From: Sphagnum compactum
Taxonomy: Eukaryota
Assembly: GCA_965153455.1 (NCBI GenBank)
Contig: OZ234493.1
Location: forward strand, 20,264,213 to 20,328,212
Length of the DNA stretch: 64,000 nt
Direction: 5' to 3'
This document shows, piece by piece, positions 26,949-40,365 of this stretch (position 1 is the stretch's first letter; each line of letters begins with the position of its first letter). The notes below the pieces were generated by a model. That model was not told where the DNA came from. It searched no databases and was given only the letters and a program-made list of their open reading frames with translations. A program made the position numbers and the translations under genes.

Positions 26949-28703
26949 TCTAACTTATGTAACAATTAGGTAGGTAGATATGTTTTGCTACCTACTTACT
27001 TAAGTCTACCTACTTTGCCTATGTAATAATTAGGTAGATAGGTAGACCTAGGTTACCTCCCTAGCTTAAGTAGTTACTTAGTTATCTTAACTTATTAATT
27101 AGCACAACATGTTCAATTGGATTGACCAAAACCATTGACCACTTTGACCAAAAAATATCATTTTGTTTGGTTCAAATTTATTAGATGTGCCATTTGATTT
27201 ACCCATTGGCCATTTTGACCAAGGTGATTTTTTTTGTTCAACTTGATTGGATGTTCAATTTCATATTGTTTCTAAATAATTTTAGTCAAATTCATTATTA
27301 AAAAAATACAAATGTCAATCAAATCACAAGCCTTTAGTCAAAATGGACATGTCCATTAATCAAGGCAATCAACTTAGATAGCTTAAAAAACCATGTAGTG
27401 ACAAATTTTATCTTAATTGGATTATCAATTCATGTTTGATTGGTTACTAGTAAAATGAAATGTGTAGATATGAAAAAAAATGAAACTTTTATTATGTTCT
27501 CCCATAACTAAATAATAGTTAATGTTTCTTGTTTTGGGTCATGGTTAAACTTTTTTTCATTTAGACCACAATTCTTCTTGCAAAAATTGTCCACGCATGT
27601 ATAATTTCCATGAACAATTCATCGTTTTGTGTAATAATCAAAACAATTAGGAAAAGGCTAAAAGTGTAAATTCTAACCCTTCAATATAAATTGGATCATC
27701 AATGTTTATCAACTCATCAATAACCATCAAAAGTTTATCAATGTGAGTAGAAATTGAGTTTAGGAAATCATTTTCATGAACCTTTGATGACATGTTGGAA
27801 ATTAACATTGAACCAATCAAAATATAAAGATGTCGAAGCACAATATTGTTAAATGAATAATACCGAATCCAATAGATTCAAACTATTTTTTTTATTTTTC
27901 CCAAATGAGAGTTCCAAGTTAGTAAATTGACTTGTTAAGAGCAATGTTGAGCAATTTTCACTTTTTTTAAAATTGCGAAGAACCAAATTTTATTTTTTCC
28001 AAATTTTTTATTGTCACCTTAACTTTCAAACTTTCTCTAAAAAAAAAAGAACCATTGGTTTTCCTTGAAAACTAGCTTTCAAACTTGTTGAAATTTGGAC
28101 CCAATGCCTCCATAAAGGGAGACTAATGTCTTAACCATAGCCATAGCTTTTCATGTGTAATAATAATGATGACCATTTTTACTTAACGTTCCTTAATTCC
28201 AATGGTTTTAAAATCAAAACCATAGGCATGTGTAGACTTAAATAAAAAAAATCTTGTTTTTGTTTTCAAATAAAAAGTTGTTCCCAAATGATAAAAACAT
28301 TTTTAAAAACCAAATAGGTCTTGAATTCAAATCTCACTTACTAAGCATCTATAAGCCAATAGTATAACAATTGGTTATATAAGTGAAACTAATAATTATT
28401 ATTTTTGGTCATGGTTTTTATAGCTATTATACTACCCTGAAAACTAAACCCAAGGATCCCTTTATACCTTCCTCAAGTATAAGTTGAAGCCCATGTGATA
28501 TTCTATTGATTTCCAAGGAGGTGGTTCTTACTTAAATTGAAAATCTTTAATTTTCAATTTAACTGTTACATATGGACATAGAGCCAAGTATCACATGAGT
28601 GAGACCTTATGTGTAAATTCTCCCTTGAATTGGATCTTGCACTCAAGACTAACCTACCTCTTGTTGGGCAATTGTGCAACTCCTCTTAGGAAGGGTCCTC
28701 AAA

Positions 28704-29185
28704 TCTTATATAAAAATTCACTAAGTCTGTCTGTGACGGAGGTTTTGGGGGGTGGGGGAGGGAGAGGCCGGTGAAGCAGCGGGTGACAGGGCTTGGTCAC
28801 CCCCCCCCCCCTTGAGTGTTAATGTAGAAGAAGAAGAAGAAGAAGAGCAACCACACCCTGTCTTTCTTTTCTTTCTGAGCGCCTCCACTGCTATTACTTA
28901 CATTTTCACTGCTCCTACCGGCACAGCTACTATGATTCCCTTCGAACCTTGTGCATTAAATGCTCAGCATTTTGTACTGAGTTTCAGCATTTCATACTGA
29001 GATTTTATAAAATTTCCTTACTTTGCGGATACCACTAAAAGAGAGGTTAGGGGGTGAAAGGAGGTCCAAAGACAGGGTCAAGACAGGGTGACTTTACAGA
29101 TATCTCTATTGTGGAATCTGCTTGAAGATCTAATTTGACAGGGCTTGGTAACGGGGCGGGGGGGGGGGGCCAGCACGGGGTGGGT
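28704..29185 (+). mobile_element. Helitron 5' portion, same family
   Basis: A|TCTTATATAAAAATTCACTAAG at 28704. First ~435 bp are the inverse of ~25830-26261. No canonical hairpin 3' end. Confidence 0.75.
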
Positions 29186-29294
29186 CCTAGTTATTTTGTT
29201 TTGTAAAATTTCATTCCCAATTCCGCATTTGATGCCCTATTATGCCGAATTCGCCGTTCTCGCCCCCTAATCGCCTAATTTTACGGATAATAAT

Positions 29295-30167
29295 TTAGTG
29301 TGAACCCGGTGCATAATGCACCCGTCGAGCTCCCCCCCGCCCGGTCCTTCCCATTGCCCACTCCGGTTTTTTACCCCGTCGACCCCCCCCCCCCCGTCCT
29401 TCGCATTTTCCACTCCGATTCTTTAACCCGTTGATTCCCCCCCCCCCCCCCGTTCCCCTGTTATATATAATTAACTTCCCGCCCCGTGCTGGTCCTCCCC
29501 CGCCCGTGCTGCCCCCTCCCCCCCCCCCCGCCCCGTTACCAAGCCCTATCACCCGCTGCTGCTTCACCGGCCTCTCCCTCCCCCACCCCCCAAAACCTCC
29601 GTCACAGACAGACTTACAAATGCACGTGATTTGAGAGTAATTATTATATATAATAAAGGACGTCGTGAAGCTTCCCCTTAATCCGTCCCGTCATCCGTTC
29701 CGTCATCCAACCGGACGGATATTTCATCCATTTCGTCATCCGTCTATTTAAGCCGGACGGACATTTCATGCATCTCATCATCCGTCTATTACCGGATGGA
29801 CATTTCATCCATCCTGTCATCCGTCTAATTAAGCCGAACGGACATTTCATGCATCCCGTCATCCGTCTATTACCGGATGGACATTTCATCCATCCCGTCA
29901 TCCGACTTAAATGGGGTGAAAGGAGGACAACATTTGACAAAACATGCATGGAAAGGGTGACTAACTACTGTCCAAGTGGAAATTGAATAGTGGACAGTCC
30001 ACTCTCCACACCAAACACAACTGGCCAAAAAAATCCCCTTCCTCTCCCCCCCCTCCCTCCACCCACCCCCCAAAACCTCTGTCCCTGTCACCCGCTGTTT
30101 CACCGGCCTCTCCCCCCCCCCACCCCCCAAAACCTCCGTCACAGACATAGTGAATTTATATATAAGA
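29295..30167 (-). mobile_element. Composite Helitron containing a minisatellite
   Basis: 5' end A|TCTTATATATAAATTCAC at 30167; hairpin plus CACACTAA at 29295; near-complete short family unit at 29295-29616. Confidence 0.7.
29685..29906. repeat. Minisatellite with alternating 42/39-bp units
   Basis: GTCATCCGTCTATTTAAGCCGGACGGACATTTCATGCATCTC (42 bp) alternates with RTCATCCGTCTATTACCGGATGGACATTTCATCCATCCY (39 bp). Confidence 0.9.
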
Positions 30168-31275
30168 TATGATATGATTTTAGCCTATGACACCAGACTT
30201 CCCAGAGCCAAACATGATTGTTGCCTCCTTTGGGCGGTGAACTATATGATTGCAACTCTAGACTTGTGAGCAGTGTTTTTTTTTGTTTGTAGCTGAAGTG
30301 GTGTTCATCCCATTGGAAGATGTAGAAATAGTGGTGATCATCCCTAGGAAAATTTAGCCAAATCTACTTATAAATCAGAAATCAATTATAAATGTTTTAT
30401 CATTCTTCTGTATTTTTGGCTACTTCATGAAAACCAATTTTAGCAACTTGGCCACCAAAAAAAAGGGTGTTGTGTCAAGTAAAATGGCTCTTTCTGGGAA
30501 AAAATTGACTCATTCTCACCACAATTTTTTAAGTTGCCAATTTTAGGCAATAGGTTACAATGTTGCCAAACCATAGTATCATTTCTAAACTTTTATATTC
30601 TGTCCTAAACTTTGATATGTAGTCAAAGTTTGCTAAGTCCTCTTATGGATGACTGCAAACCCACCTACCTCACAAATTTGAAACAAAAAAAACACTGCAA
30701 GTACTCATTCGAATATGAAGAATTTTTCTTTTTTTCTCCCTCTCACTTCTAGTGACTGAACAACCTCCAAATATCAATTCTTCGTTGAATATTGAATATT
30801 GAATATTTCTTTTTGGCAATATTCTACTGCCAAAAAAAACACTACCATACATACCAGTGCTTCTGAGAGCCACATATACCACTGTTGTTTTTTTCTGGTC
30901 AATTTTGTGGTGTAGCCAAAGTGGATATGAAAAATTGTCTAGGTTGACTTTCATTACAATGAGTTTAGGAAGGATCAAAAATAAAGATTTTGATTTTGAT
31001 CAAAATTAAAACCCTAATTTCAACAACCATACTAATCAATTGCTTGGACTTTCGAAAGGCTCTTGAATCCTTTTCAAAATATTTAAGGCAATTTTGATCA
31101 GAAAATTTAACAAAAGCTACTAGGGAACACATAAAAAATCTTGAATATTGATTGAAGGAACAATCCATGCCCCTAGAGAGGTTCGAACATTTGATTATTT
31201 GATAACATTGAGAAAAACCAACAACCAAAATCATGAGACCTCTAGATATTGAAAATTTGACATTAAGAGGGTTGT

Positions 31276-32173
31276 TGTCGCAACCTTAGCCTTGGGCTCG
31301 CGACCAAGGTAAGGGGTTGCAATGTAATGGGGCCAAGAGGAAGCCCTGGAGTGAAGGAAAGTGTGAGGGAATGCACCTTCACACTCCCAAGGGAACTCCC
31401 ACTTTGGGGAATTGAAGTCTCGGTGGACTCCTGAATGTTCAAAGAGCGATTTTAGGGGTCAAAACCCATCGCATTGAGGAGGTTTTTATTTCATTAAAAA
31501 GCTATTGAAACTTAGATGTCTAAAATGGGCTCGCATGACCCATTTGGACATCTGAAACACAAGTTATAGTCAAAAGAAGGGCCAGGAGTCAAAGTGACAA
31601 TTTGATTTCCGACCACTAAAAGTCAGGATTCGACCCGATTTACTTGCGTGCAGGTGACGTGCAACATACCGTTGCAAAGCTTTTGACGAGGGCTACAACT
31701 TTGCTTTAGACCTCATTCCAATCGAAGGTCTGCACACAAAGTTATGGAGCCCCAAAGTCGTGGGGAGTCCCAACTTTGGCAATTTCGGGACTCTCATTCG
31801 GAGTCCTGGGACAAAATGTCATTTGGATGTGGGCCTCACGAAGAGGCACATAGTATACTATAAGGGGGAAGGTGGTGGCTTCCCCCAAGTCCGGGCCGTG
31901 GTGAGTCTTGTGAATCGGAGTTTGCCCGTGGCTCATCCTAGCACCAAAAGTGTTCCAACTATGCACTAATAAACTTGTTGTTTGGTTTTGTGTAGATCCG
32001 TGTGAGTGATTAAGTGCTGGTCATTCTTCCTAGTCCCATCCCGGAGCTCCAGCACACCCCTCTACCCCCCCCAAAGTGCTGCGAGCCAGGGAGCATGCCC
32101 CAACTCTTTGCTTTTCCGTTGTTTTCAGTTTAGACTCACATTTGAGTCTATTAAGGAGTTTGGGAACGCGTTA
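31276..32173. mobile_element. Solo LTR
   Basis: Termini TGTCGC...GCGTTA, flanked by perfect 5-bp TSD GTTGT (31271-31275 and 32174-32178). Homologous to 37404-38192. Confidence 0.85.
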
Positions 32174-35100
32174 GTTGTGCATCATACAATTTACAATTCA
32201 TGAGTAAATTCAAACCATCAAAATAAATTGTGTGGTGGAGCACAAAACTCTAGTTCACGAAAAACAAACCCACGTAAATTACAATTAAAACCACCCAAGA
32301 CCATCCTCACATTGCAAGATTTTTGTTCTGAGAAGCAAATCAATGTTAGAAAGATAATAGAACTCAATATGGAGTTTGAAGGTTGCCCAAGTTTCACATG
32401 TTTGTCTTATTGTATCCTGATTCCCTATGTTTAAGCTTTTTTAATGTTTTTTTTTCCAATCTAATTGAATATGGGAATGCTTGGAAAGTTAAAAGTTGGG
32501 TGTTTGGCCACCAAAGGTGAAAAATTGCCCACCAAAGTTTAGACTCATGGGTTCCTTAACCTTGAACATTATAGAAATCTATTACGTTTTTTATGTAGTT
32601 AATGTTGCTCGATGAATCAATGGCTCACTAGTATGAACCTATGATATCATTGTATCCTGGTTGTGGACCATGGTTGATGGGCAACATGCAGATGGCTATT
32701 AGTTTCAAGCTAATTATTTTAATGGTTATTACAATTTGAATTTGTATATGAAATCTAATGGCAATTATAAATTGAGTATTGTTGACGAAGATAAATGAAC
32801 TACCTTTTGTTTCCATGAGTCATGGTTTTGGGATATGGAGATTCCCAAACCTTCAACCAACCCTTTTTGGGCCTTTTGGAGTTATTATTTGTTTTTCATG
32901 ATGAACTAATGTGTTTTTAATTGCAAGTTATGATTTATGTTACAATGGGCAGGGCCTTTATGGATTGGGGTTCAATTCCCCCATATAATTTTGTTGCCAC
33001 AAATTGGAAATTCAAAATCACATAAAATTTGATAAAAAAATATACCCCAAAACTTATTTAGAATATTATCCTTTCTTAAATTAAAATAGACAAAATGTTT
33101 TTTTAATCGCGAAAAAATTACAAATATCCTTGCCATGTAGTTGGATAATTCAACACAAAGTAATCCATGTTACAACTATAGCTCATAAAGATGATCCATA
33201 TAGCCAACTCAACGAAAATTAAAAATTGAAAAACAAACATTAATGAACACATAGTATTCAAAATGTCACTCAACATTGGGTTGAATTCAAATTCAAAATT
33301 CTACTCATAATATTTTCCAATTAACATTATTTTTGGCCCAACGAAATTTAACCAAATTTCTATTTGTGTTGGTGGTTGATTACACATACATTTGAAAAGA
33401 AGTTGAGAATTTAAAGTCATTTAACCCCAAAGCTTAAAGCTTGCTACAAGGTTGGAACCATATTGATAAGTAATTCATCATCCATTTAGCCAAATTTAAC
33501 CATATGAACATGGATATCATAGTCAATTGTTGTATAATAGGATGTCAACTAGCCAAGAAGCTTATTAGCCACCATCAATGTAGCAAATAAACTATACATA
33601 TATAAACCCATTTTAACATCTTCAATGATATAATCCTCACCAAGCCTTTAGCCTCATGTTGGCCCCCATGCATTAAAGTAGCTAGTAAAATTTGAAATTC
33701 CAATAATAATTATGCATTGTAAAACACATTTATAAAGCAAGTTGAAGCATTTATTTTTGACATAGGCTAATAAATCAACAAAGTGGTGGCATTATGTTAA
33801 TGTTGATTAACATGAATAGTAAACATTGAAATTAACAACTACAATCTTCAAGTTGTATTAATAACCTCACTAATTCTTGAAGAGTGAACATTGACTTTTA
33901 ATTAAGTCCTGATTCCTAGGTTACATAATTATTATTTCATAGTTGGAAGTGGGGGTAGTTGCACCCTAGAGTGGACCAAAAATGGTAAATGAAAACTCCA
34001 CAGAAGTACCTTTTCAAAAGAAAAATTGAATAATGAATGATTGTTCCAAATATATGAGTTGTAAGATCTTCATGTACCTTTTTTGTCCTAACCACATAAT
34101 CTTTAAGCCTTGTAGTTGAATCAAAAGAACCCTGCAAAGGTGTCAAACAAAATTAGCAAGCATTTCAAATCTCAAACTTGTGGCACCATCGTTTGGTCAT
34201 CATTGAGCCCTAGCGTTTTGTGTTTTGCATGAAGGTTTGCACGTTGGCACTCTTGCACTCAGGAGTTAGAGCTTGTCATGATTATTGTGCATTATTTGTC
34301 TTGTAACAGAAATAATTATTACCAAAAATTATTGTTAAGTTCTTAATTTGGTAATCATGGTGAGTGATGTTATTCCTACTACGAGCGGGGGGAAAAGCCA
34401 GAAGATTGGAAAGTGAGCTGGAGTTGTAAAGAAAGTAAAGGTTGAAGGAGATTACAATTTTCCTACAAACAAACCAAGGTTTGCATTTCCATTGTATGCT
34501 GAAATTCCTAAACTAGAAGATGGGAGTCATATGACTTGAATCCATTTTACAAAACAATATGACGTTGGTGCTCAAGGTTTAAGTCCAAAGCATGTTAGGG
34601 TTCCCAAAGATATAGCTACAGAGGATAACATTAAGTTTTGAAATTCCTAAGCACACAATATTTGTTCTAAGTTTTTTATTAAACAAAAAGAATTAAATTT
34701 TCATTCTTGAATTGTAGATGAATGTGGAGTGAATCAGAAATTGGATTTGGGTTTAGATAGCTTTATGCGCACAAAAGGATTTGGGTTTTGGCGACTCCAC
34801 ACACACAAAGGATAGACATTGACTAATGTTTGTCAAACCTTCAAGAACTTGGGGTTCAACAATGAACACATTGATGTTTGAAACATTAAACTTGAATGAT
34901 GAAGTTCATGTATTAGCATTTCAAAACACACACACAACAACATCGACGAAATTTGATGTTCCTAAATTGACCTTACATCATGCACACATAACATTTCATA
35001 CACACAATAATGTTGATGAAACTCATGAATTGAAACTATACAATGCATGCACAACAACATTAATGAAACACATGAATTGGCAATGGGGATTGCACTATGC

Positions 35101-37403
35101 ACATACAACAATGGTGAGGCTCTAAAGGTTTGAAAATGAACACTAAGTCCTAAGCAACGACAAAGATAATGATTCTAGAACCAATGGGCATATAAGGCCT
35201 TTAGAATTAAGATGTTTGAATGGTGAACCTTGAAAGGTTTAAACTTAGTTTAGTGGTTAGTGAACTTTAGTTGAAGTTTGAACGTTGAACACCACCTTGC
35301 CATCTCACCTCGCCTTGAGCAAGCTAGCTATTGCAACAATTTTAAATCATTTTAAGGAACAAGTGTCACTTTGAGATTCAATCATTCAAGAATGAACATT
35401 AAGCATGGAATAATGAATGGCGAGAGTTGCACTGACTCCCGACTTTTGAACATTTGGTGCTTGAGGCTTGTAAATTTTAGCAATGACAAGCAAAAATGGG
35501 TTTTGAAAAGAGGATCCAAGGGAGGATTTAGTTAAAACAAGTTTTGAAAAAAAGGAAGGTTTAGTGAAAACAAGTTTGAGGGAGGGGGCTAAGTTTCAAA
35601 ATTGACGACCTATAGGGTGATGATTTAAAGTGAAAATAATAATTTGAATGTGCAAATCACAATTTCCTTTCGAAAGTGGAAATGAAAAAACCATGTTTTT
35701 TTTGTTTACATGATTGTGAATGGAAAATTTTTTAATGAGATATTTGTGAATTTTCTATTTCAAAAAATTAATACCTCTTTATGATTTGCCACCCCAATAT
35801 TTAGGTTAAAAAGAGGTGATTTTTTTTGCTTGAAAAAAACACTAATGTGGATATGTTGGAAGGGCTTGTTCCATAAAAGTGCACACATTTAAATAAGAAG
35901 TTTTTGATCCAATAAAGGAAATATTTGGTTTGAAGGCAAAGTCATTATGCCATGAATGGATTATTAGTCAATATAATTACACATTTTGATATTTTGATTT
36001 CAATTTTCCTTTTTGCTTATAATTTTAGAATTCTAAAACCACCTTATTGTTATGGCACACTACACATTCAAGAATTTAGAAGGATCAAGGTAAAATTGAC
36101 AATGATTTAACATTTAACCACGTAGTTTAAGACTTTCCAAAGTTGAAAATTGGATATTATGTTTTGTTACTTTGAAAAGGCCATTTTAATTTATTTATTT
36201 TTTCTTTGCAGATTGTTAAGGCTAGAAAGTTTTTTAGGCCTGTTTTGAGAAGTTGTAGTTTTGGAACCGAAAATCATGCTTTATTGATTTTATGATAGAA
36301 TCGATTTTACAATGTAACCAAAAATTATACATGACCAAAAATTGGTATTGAACCGATTTTGAAAGATGTTTATTTATGAAACCAAAAAATTAACTATAAC
36401 TTCTAACTCCACTTCTAGATTTTAGGTCTAGGATAAGATTAGGTAACGAGGAGTTTGGGAGGATTTCAAGGGATTTTCATTTTCTTAGGACCCCCATCGT
36501 TTTCTTATGGCCTTGAAGTCTTCTCTTTGGGGAGGTCGAAAGGTCTTTTTCGGTCTTTTGTTTTTAATGCGATTGTAATGTAATTTTGGCATTTTGAAGC
36601 TTTTGTAATGAAAGAAATTATTGTTTTTACTCAAGGAATACTTGTTATGTTGTGTTAAAGTTGTCTTTGTTACTTGTTATTTTGATTGCCAACTTTGGAG
36701 ATGTTATAGAGTTGTTTATTAAAATTTATTTGTTTTTTTAAAGAAGAACTGGTAGGATATTTACCTAACTGTTTTCCCCATGTTTTGAAGTGATTATTTG
36801 TCATTAACAACGAGCAGACTTGAAGTGTTCAAATTTGTATTGATTTTCAATCGAATACCCAAAAACACCTAAAAAATTTACCTGGTGGGCTTAACATAGA
36901 CATATAAAACATTCTAACATGTTGCATCTATGGCTTTTGTTTCAAACTATTCAAATATGTTATGCAATTCATCTCTTAGGGCATCTTCACCCAACAATAA
37001 TAAACATTACTGTTGGGTGGGTATGAAATTTGGCAGAAAAACCCACTAAATATATATAAGTTAAAATTGAAATTGGCAAAGAATTGGGATTCACCCCTAC
37101 CTTTTGTATTCAACATTCACACATTTTAAATAATCATGATTAGGATTAACCCAAGAATAAATATGTGGTTGGGTATTTGAGTAACAATTGGTTTAATCCC
37201 TAGGTTCATACTTGGCACGGGTGTATTTTTGGTTTAGGTTTAAGGGTTAGGAAAAAGAGCACATAACACTTGAGAGCTTTGTGAGAACTTTAAATGGTAG
37301 GAACATGGAGTCATTTTCTCTTGATTGATTGATTTGGAAATGAAGGTTGAACATGGTTGTGTTATTGCATCAATTTAAAAAATTCATAGTTTTCAATGGT
37401 GTT

Positions 37404-38192
37404 TGTCGTAACCCCACTTTGAGGCAAGTGTGAGGATGAAATTCACACTCCCAAAAATGAGAACTTAGAGTCCTCTGGGACTCCCGAAAATTCAAAGCTT
37501 GATTACAGGGGTCAAAACACCTCGCATTGAGGTGTTCCTTATACCGTTGGAAAGGTCTTGAAGTGTAGATGTCAAAAATGGTCTTGCACGAGCCGTTCAA
37601 ACATCTACAGCACAAGTTATGGTCGAAAGAAGGACCACTAAAAGTCGGGAATCGACCCAATCCCGGTGTGTGCAGGTGAAGTGCGATACACCGTTGGAAA
37701 GCTCTTGAAGAGAGCTACAAGTTTGCTTTAGACCTCATCCCAATCGGAGGTCTGAGTTGGGAGTTATGAGCTTCCAAAGTCTCAAGAGTCCAAACCGGGA
37801 CAGTTTCGAGACTCCTCTTTCGAGTCCCGGGACAAAAAGCCATTCGGATGTAGGTGCCATGGGCAAATGCAGAGAATACTATATGGGGGAAGGTGGTGGC
37901 TTCCCTCGAATCCGGGCCGTGGTGAGTCAAATGAGTCCGTGTTGCCCGTGGCTTGTCCCAACACCAAGAGTGTTTTCGAATGTGAACTAACCAACTTGTT
38001 GGTTGGTTTTGATGCAGGACCGAGTAACTAAATAAGTTGTCCCTCTTCCTAGTCTAATCCCGGAGCTTTTAGCACGTCCCTCTCACCCCCTTTAATGCTG
38101 GAAGTTGGGAGCGGCACCAAGTTCCAACTACTTCCGCTCTTTAACATAGTTGGACCCTTTTTGGGTCAAACAAGGAACTTGGGGGCGTGTCA
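37404..38192. mobile_element. Solo LTR, related subfamily
   Basis: Termini TGTCGT...GTGTCA, flanked by perfect 5-bp TSD GTGTT (37399-37403 and 38193-38197). Shares blocks such as GGGGAAGGTGGTGGCTTCCC...CCGGGCCGTGGTGAGTC with 31276-32173. Confidence 0.88.
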
Positions 38193-39479
38193 GTGTTGGT
38201 GGTGATAAAAGATTGTTAGAGTTCATGGAAAGTGCAAGCAACACGTGAAAATAAGTTTTTGCTTATTGCATTTGCTTGTTTTGTGTTTTATGCTTCAAAT
38301 GTGTGTTTTTTTTTTCTTCCTTTTGTTCAAGCTTTTAAGTTTTCAAAGTTGTCGAAAACTTCTATGTGCATGTGCTATTTGGTGTTTGCCAGAAAGATGT
38401 GTGTGTGTGTGTGTGTGAGTTTTATGCTTCAAAAGTGTGTCTATAATTTCTCTCTCAAGTTATCAAGTTCGCCAAAAGCTTTCATAGCTTTTGATGTGTC
38501 ACCCTAACCTTTCAAGGTACTCTTTTCAAGCCCATTGAAACTTTTCATGGATGCCCTAGGTTTTTCATTGTGTTCAATCCTTCATTCGGGCTCATCAAAA
38601 GTTTCATCGAATGAACGATTTTTCGCAACATTCGCCAAAAACTTTGTCAAGTGACCAACTTGGACTACAATAATTGCCAAAACCTCCATCAAATGATTGA
38701 TTTGTTGCATAACACTTGTTGAATGTTTCATCAACTACCCATTTTGCTATAGCACATTCATCAAGTTTTTTTTCAAGCTTTTAAACTTGTTGAAAGTTCC
38801 AAACTGACATTGTTTGTTGTCTTTTTATATCACCTCTTCCCTTTAAAGTTGCATTTCTTAACTTGCATGGAATTTCTAAACAATTTGGTTGATTTGTAAG
38901 AACTATTTAATGTGTATGATTTTAGTTGCCCACAAGTTTTTGCATGTTTTGCCAACAACAATATTGAAGGTGAGGCCAAAGAAGCTAAAGACCATACACC
39001 TATTGAAAATGTTATGTTGATGAGGTGTAGTTGATAGATTTGAAAAAACAAGTTATTTCATGCAAGTTTCATTCCACAATTTGGTCACTTGGGCATTTTA
39101 TCAAGTGAAGAACAACCAATCTATGAATCTTACTCAAAATTAAATTATATATTTTATCATTTGTTACAATCTAACAATAGGTTTTAAAATCTTGGCCTTG
39201 CTCATTAGATGTTGAAAGGGGTCCATTGTTTCGCATAAATTCAATGTCATAATTATCATGAAAAAACATGTTTGTTAAACACTAGTCAAAGTTTTGTCCC
39301 TCGTTGTCATTGTTGTGTTTTGAACAAAAGTCGAAGGCATTAGCTCATTGGAGATGCCCTGCACTTCATCATATTTACATACCATGACTTTTACCAAAAC
39401 ATTGCATTTGTGATTATTCATGATATTTTGGGTAGCTTGGAAGCTTTTGTTTTTTATTAGGAGTTGGAACAAATAGTTC

Positions 39480-40365
39480 ATCACATGAAATAGTGGGTGT
39501 TGGATGTTTTGAACCTTTTCCTTTTCTTTTAGGTTACATTGAAAAAAGAAGGGTCACAATATGTTGGCATTGATGTTGGAACTGAAATTTAAAATTGTGT
39601 CTAATCAACAATTTTGTATATTATGAGAATGCGATAGCTCTAATTGCTACATATGATGAGGAATTGTTGTTGCATTAATGAAGGTGTACAAGTTGTCAAT
39701 GCCTTTTGTTGTTGAAAACTTCAAGAATTTGACTTAAATAGTTATATGGTTAGTTGTATGGCTATTGTTGATATCTAGTTAATATATGCTGTAGTGAACT
39801 AGCAGCCACTAACGCGCCACTAACGCACCATGAAGGATGGATGGTAATTGGTTAGGAATTTTTTTTCTATTGGGTTTCAGTTCCCTAGCTAACCACAATG
39901 GTTAGCTTAGTTGGTAGGTTGTTAGTAAGCAAGTAGTAAAAATAGCCCTTACCTATGTATAAACCATCTACTTAATAATGACCTATTTTCCTACCTATCT
40001 ACCTATATATGAGATTTATTTCTTACAGAATTGGTTATCAAGGTGAAACCAAATATTAATTGAGTTGGGGTTCATCCACAATTGAGTAATAACGGGCATC
40101 TAGTGGATGGTGTGCCCATGGGTGCCATTAATGTAGACAATTGCAAATGCACCTTGACTTGGTGACACATAGAAAAACATAAAATATAAGTTTTCAACTT
40201 TGTTAGCAAGACAAATCTTGGGCATCGCATCTAACCAATTCAAATATACAAAGGATTTTTTCGACTCTTGGAATTCTCATGGCACTTCACAATGTCACTT
40301 TCAAACAAAAAAAAAATCTTGACCAAATGATCTTTGTTAGCAAGAATTAGCCATTTGACCCGTAA
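39480..40365 (+). pseudogene. Decayed hAT transposase C-terminus (dimerization domain)
   Basis: KKGHNMLALML at ~39545. From ~40135: KCTLTW*...LLARQILGIASNQ...RIFSTLGIL...NLDQMIFVSKN*PFDP, fitting the hATC pattern. Interrupted by the repeat at 39793-40130. Confidence 0.65.
39793..40130. repeat. Dispersed short repeat (second copy ~51537-51780)
   Basis: Shared GAAGGATGGATG...TTCTATTGGGTTTCAGTTCCCTAG...CCCTTACCTATGTATAAACCATCTACTTA. Confidence 0.75.

Noticed and set aside
29187-29190. CTAG|T as the 3' end of the 28704 Helitron
   Set aside because: No family hairpin, and the homologous sequence at ~48810 reads CCAG and continues, so the site is internal to another module.
29685-29906. CRISPR-like periodicity
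   Set aside because: No unique spacers; eukaryotic context.
29644-29986. Repetitive ORFs (RRMTGWMKCPSG)n
   Set aside because: Artefact of 39/42-bp minisatellite units, both multiples of 3.
23056-30172. Pro/Gly-rich and poly-E short ORFs
   Set aside because: They arise from G/C homopolymers and (GAA)n in Helitron repeats; frames vary between copies.
31276-38192. Single full-length LTR retrotransposon bounded by the two LTRs
   Set aside because: The LTRs are diverged, each has its own TSD, and no gag-pol is recognisable between them.
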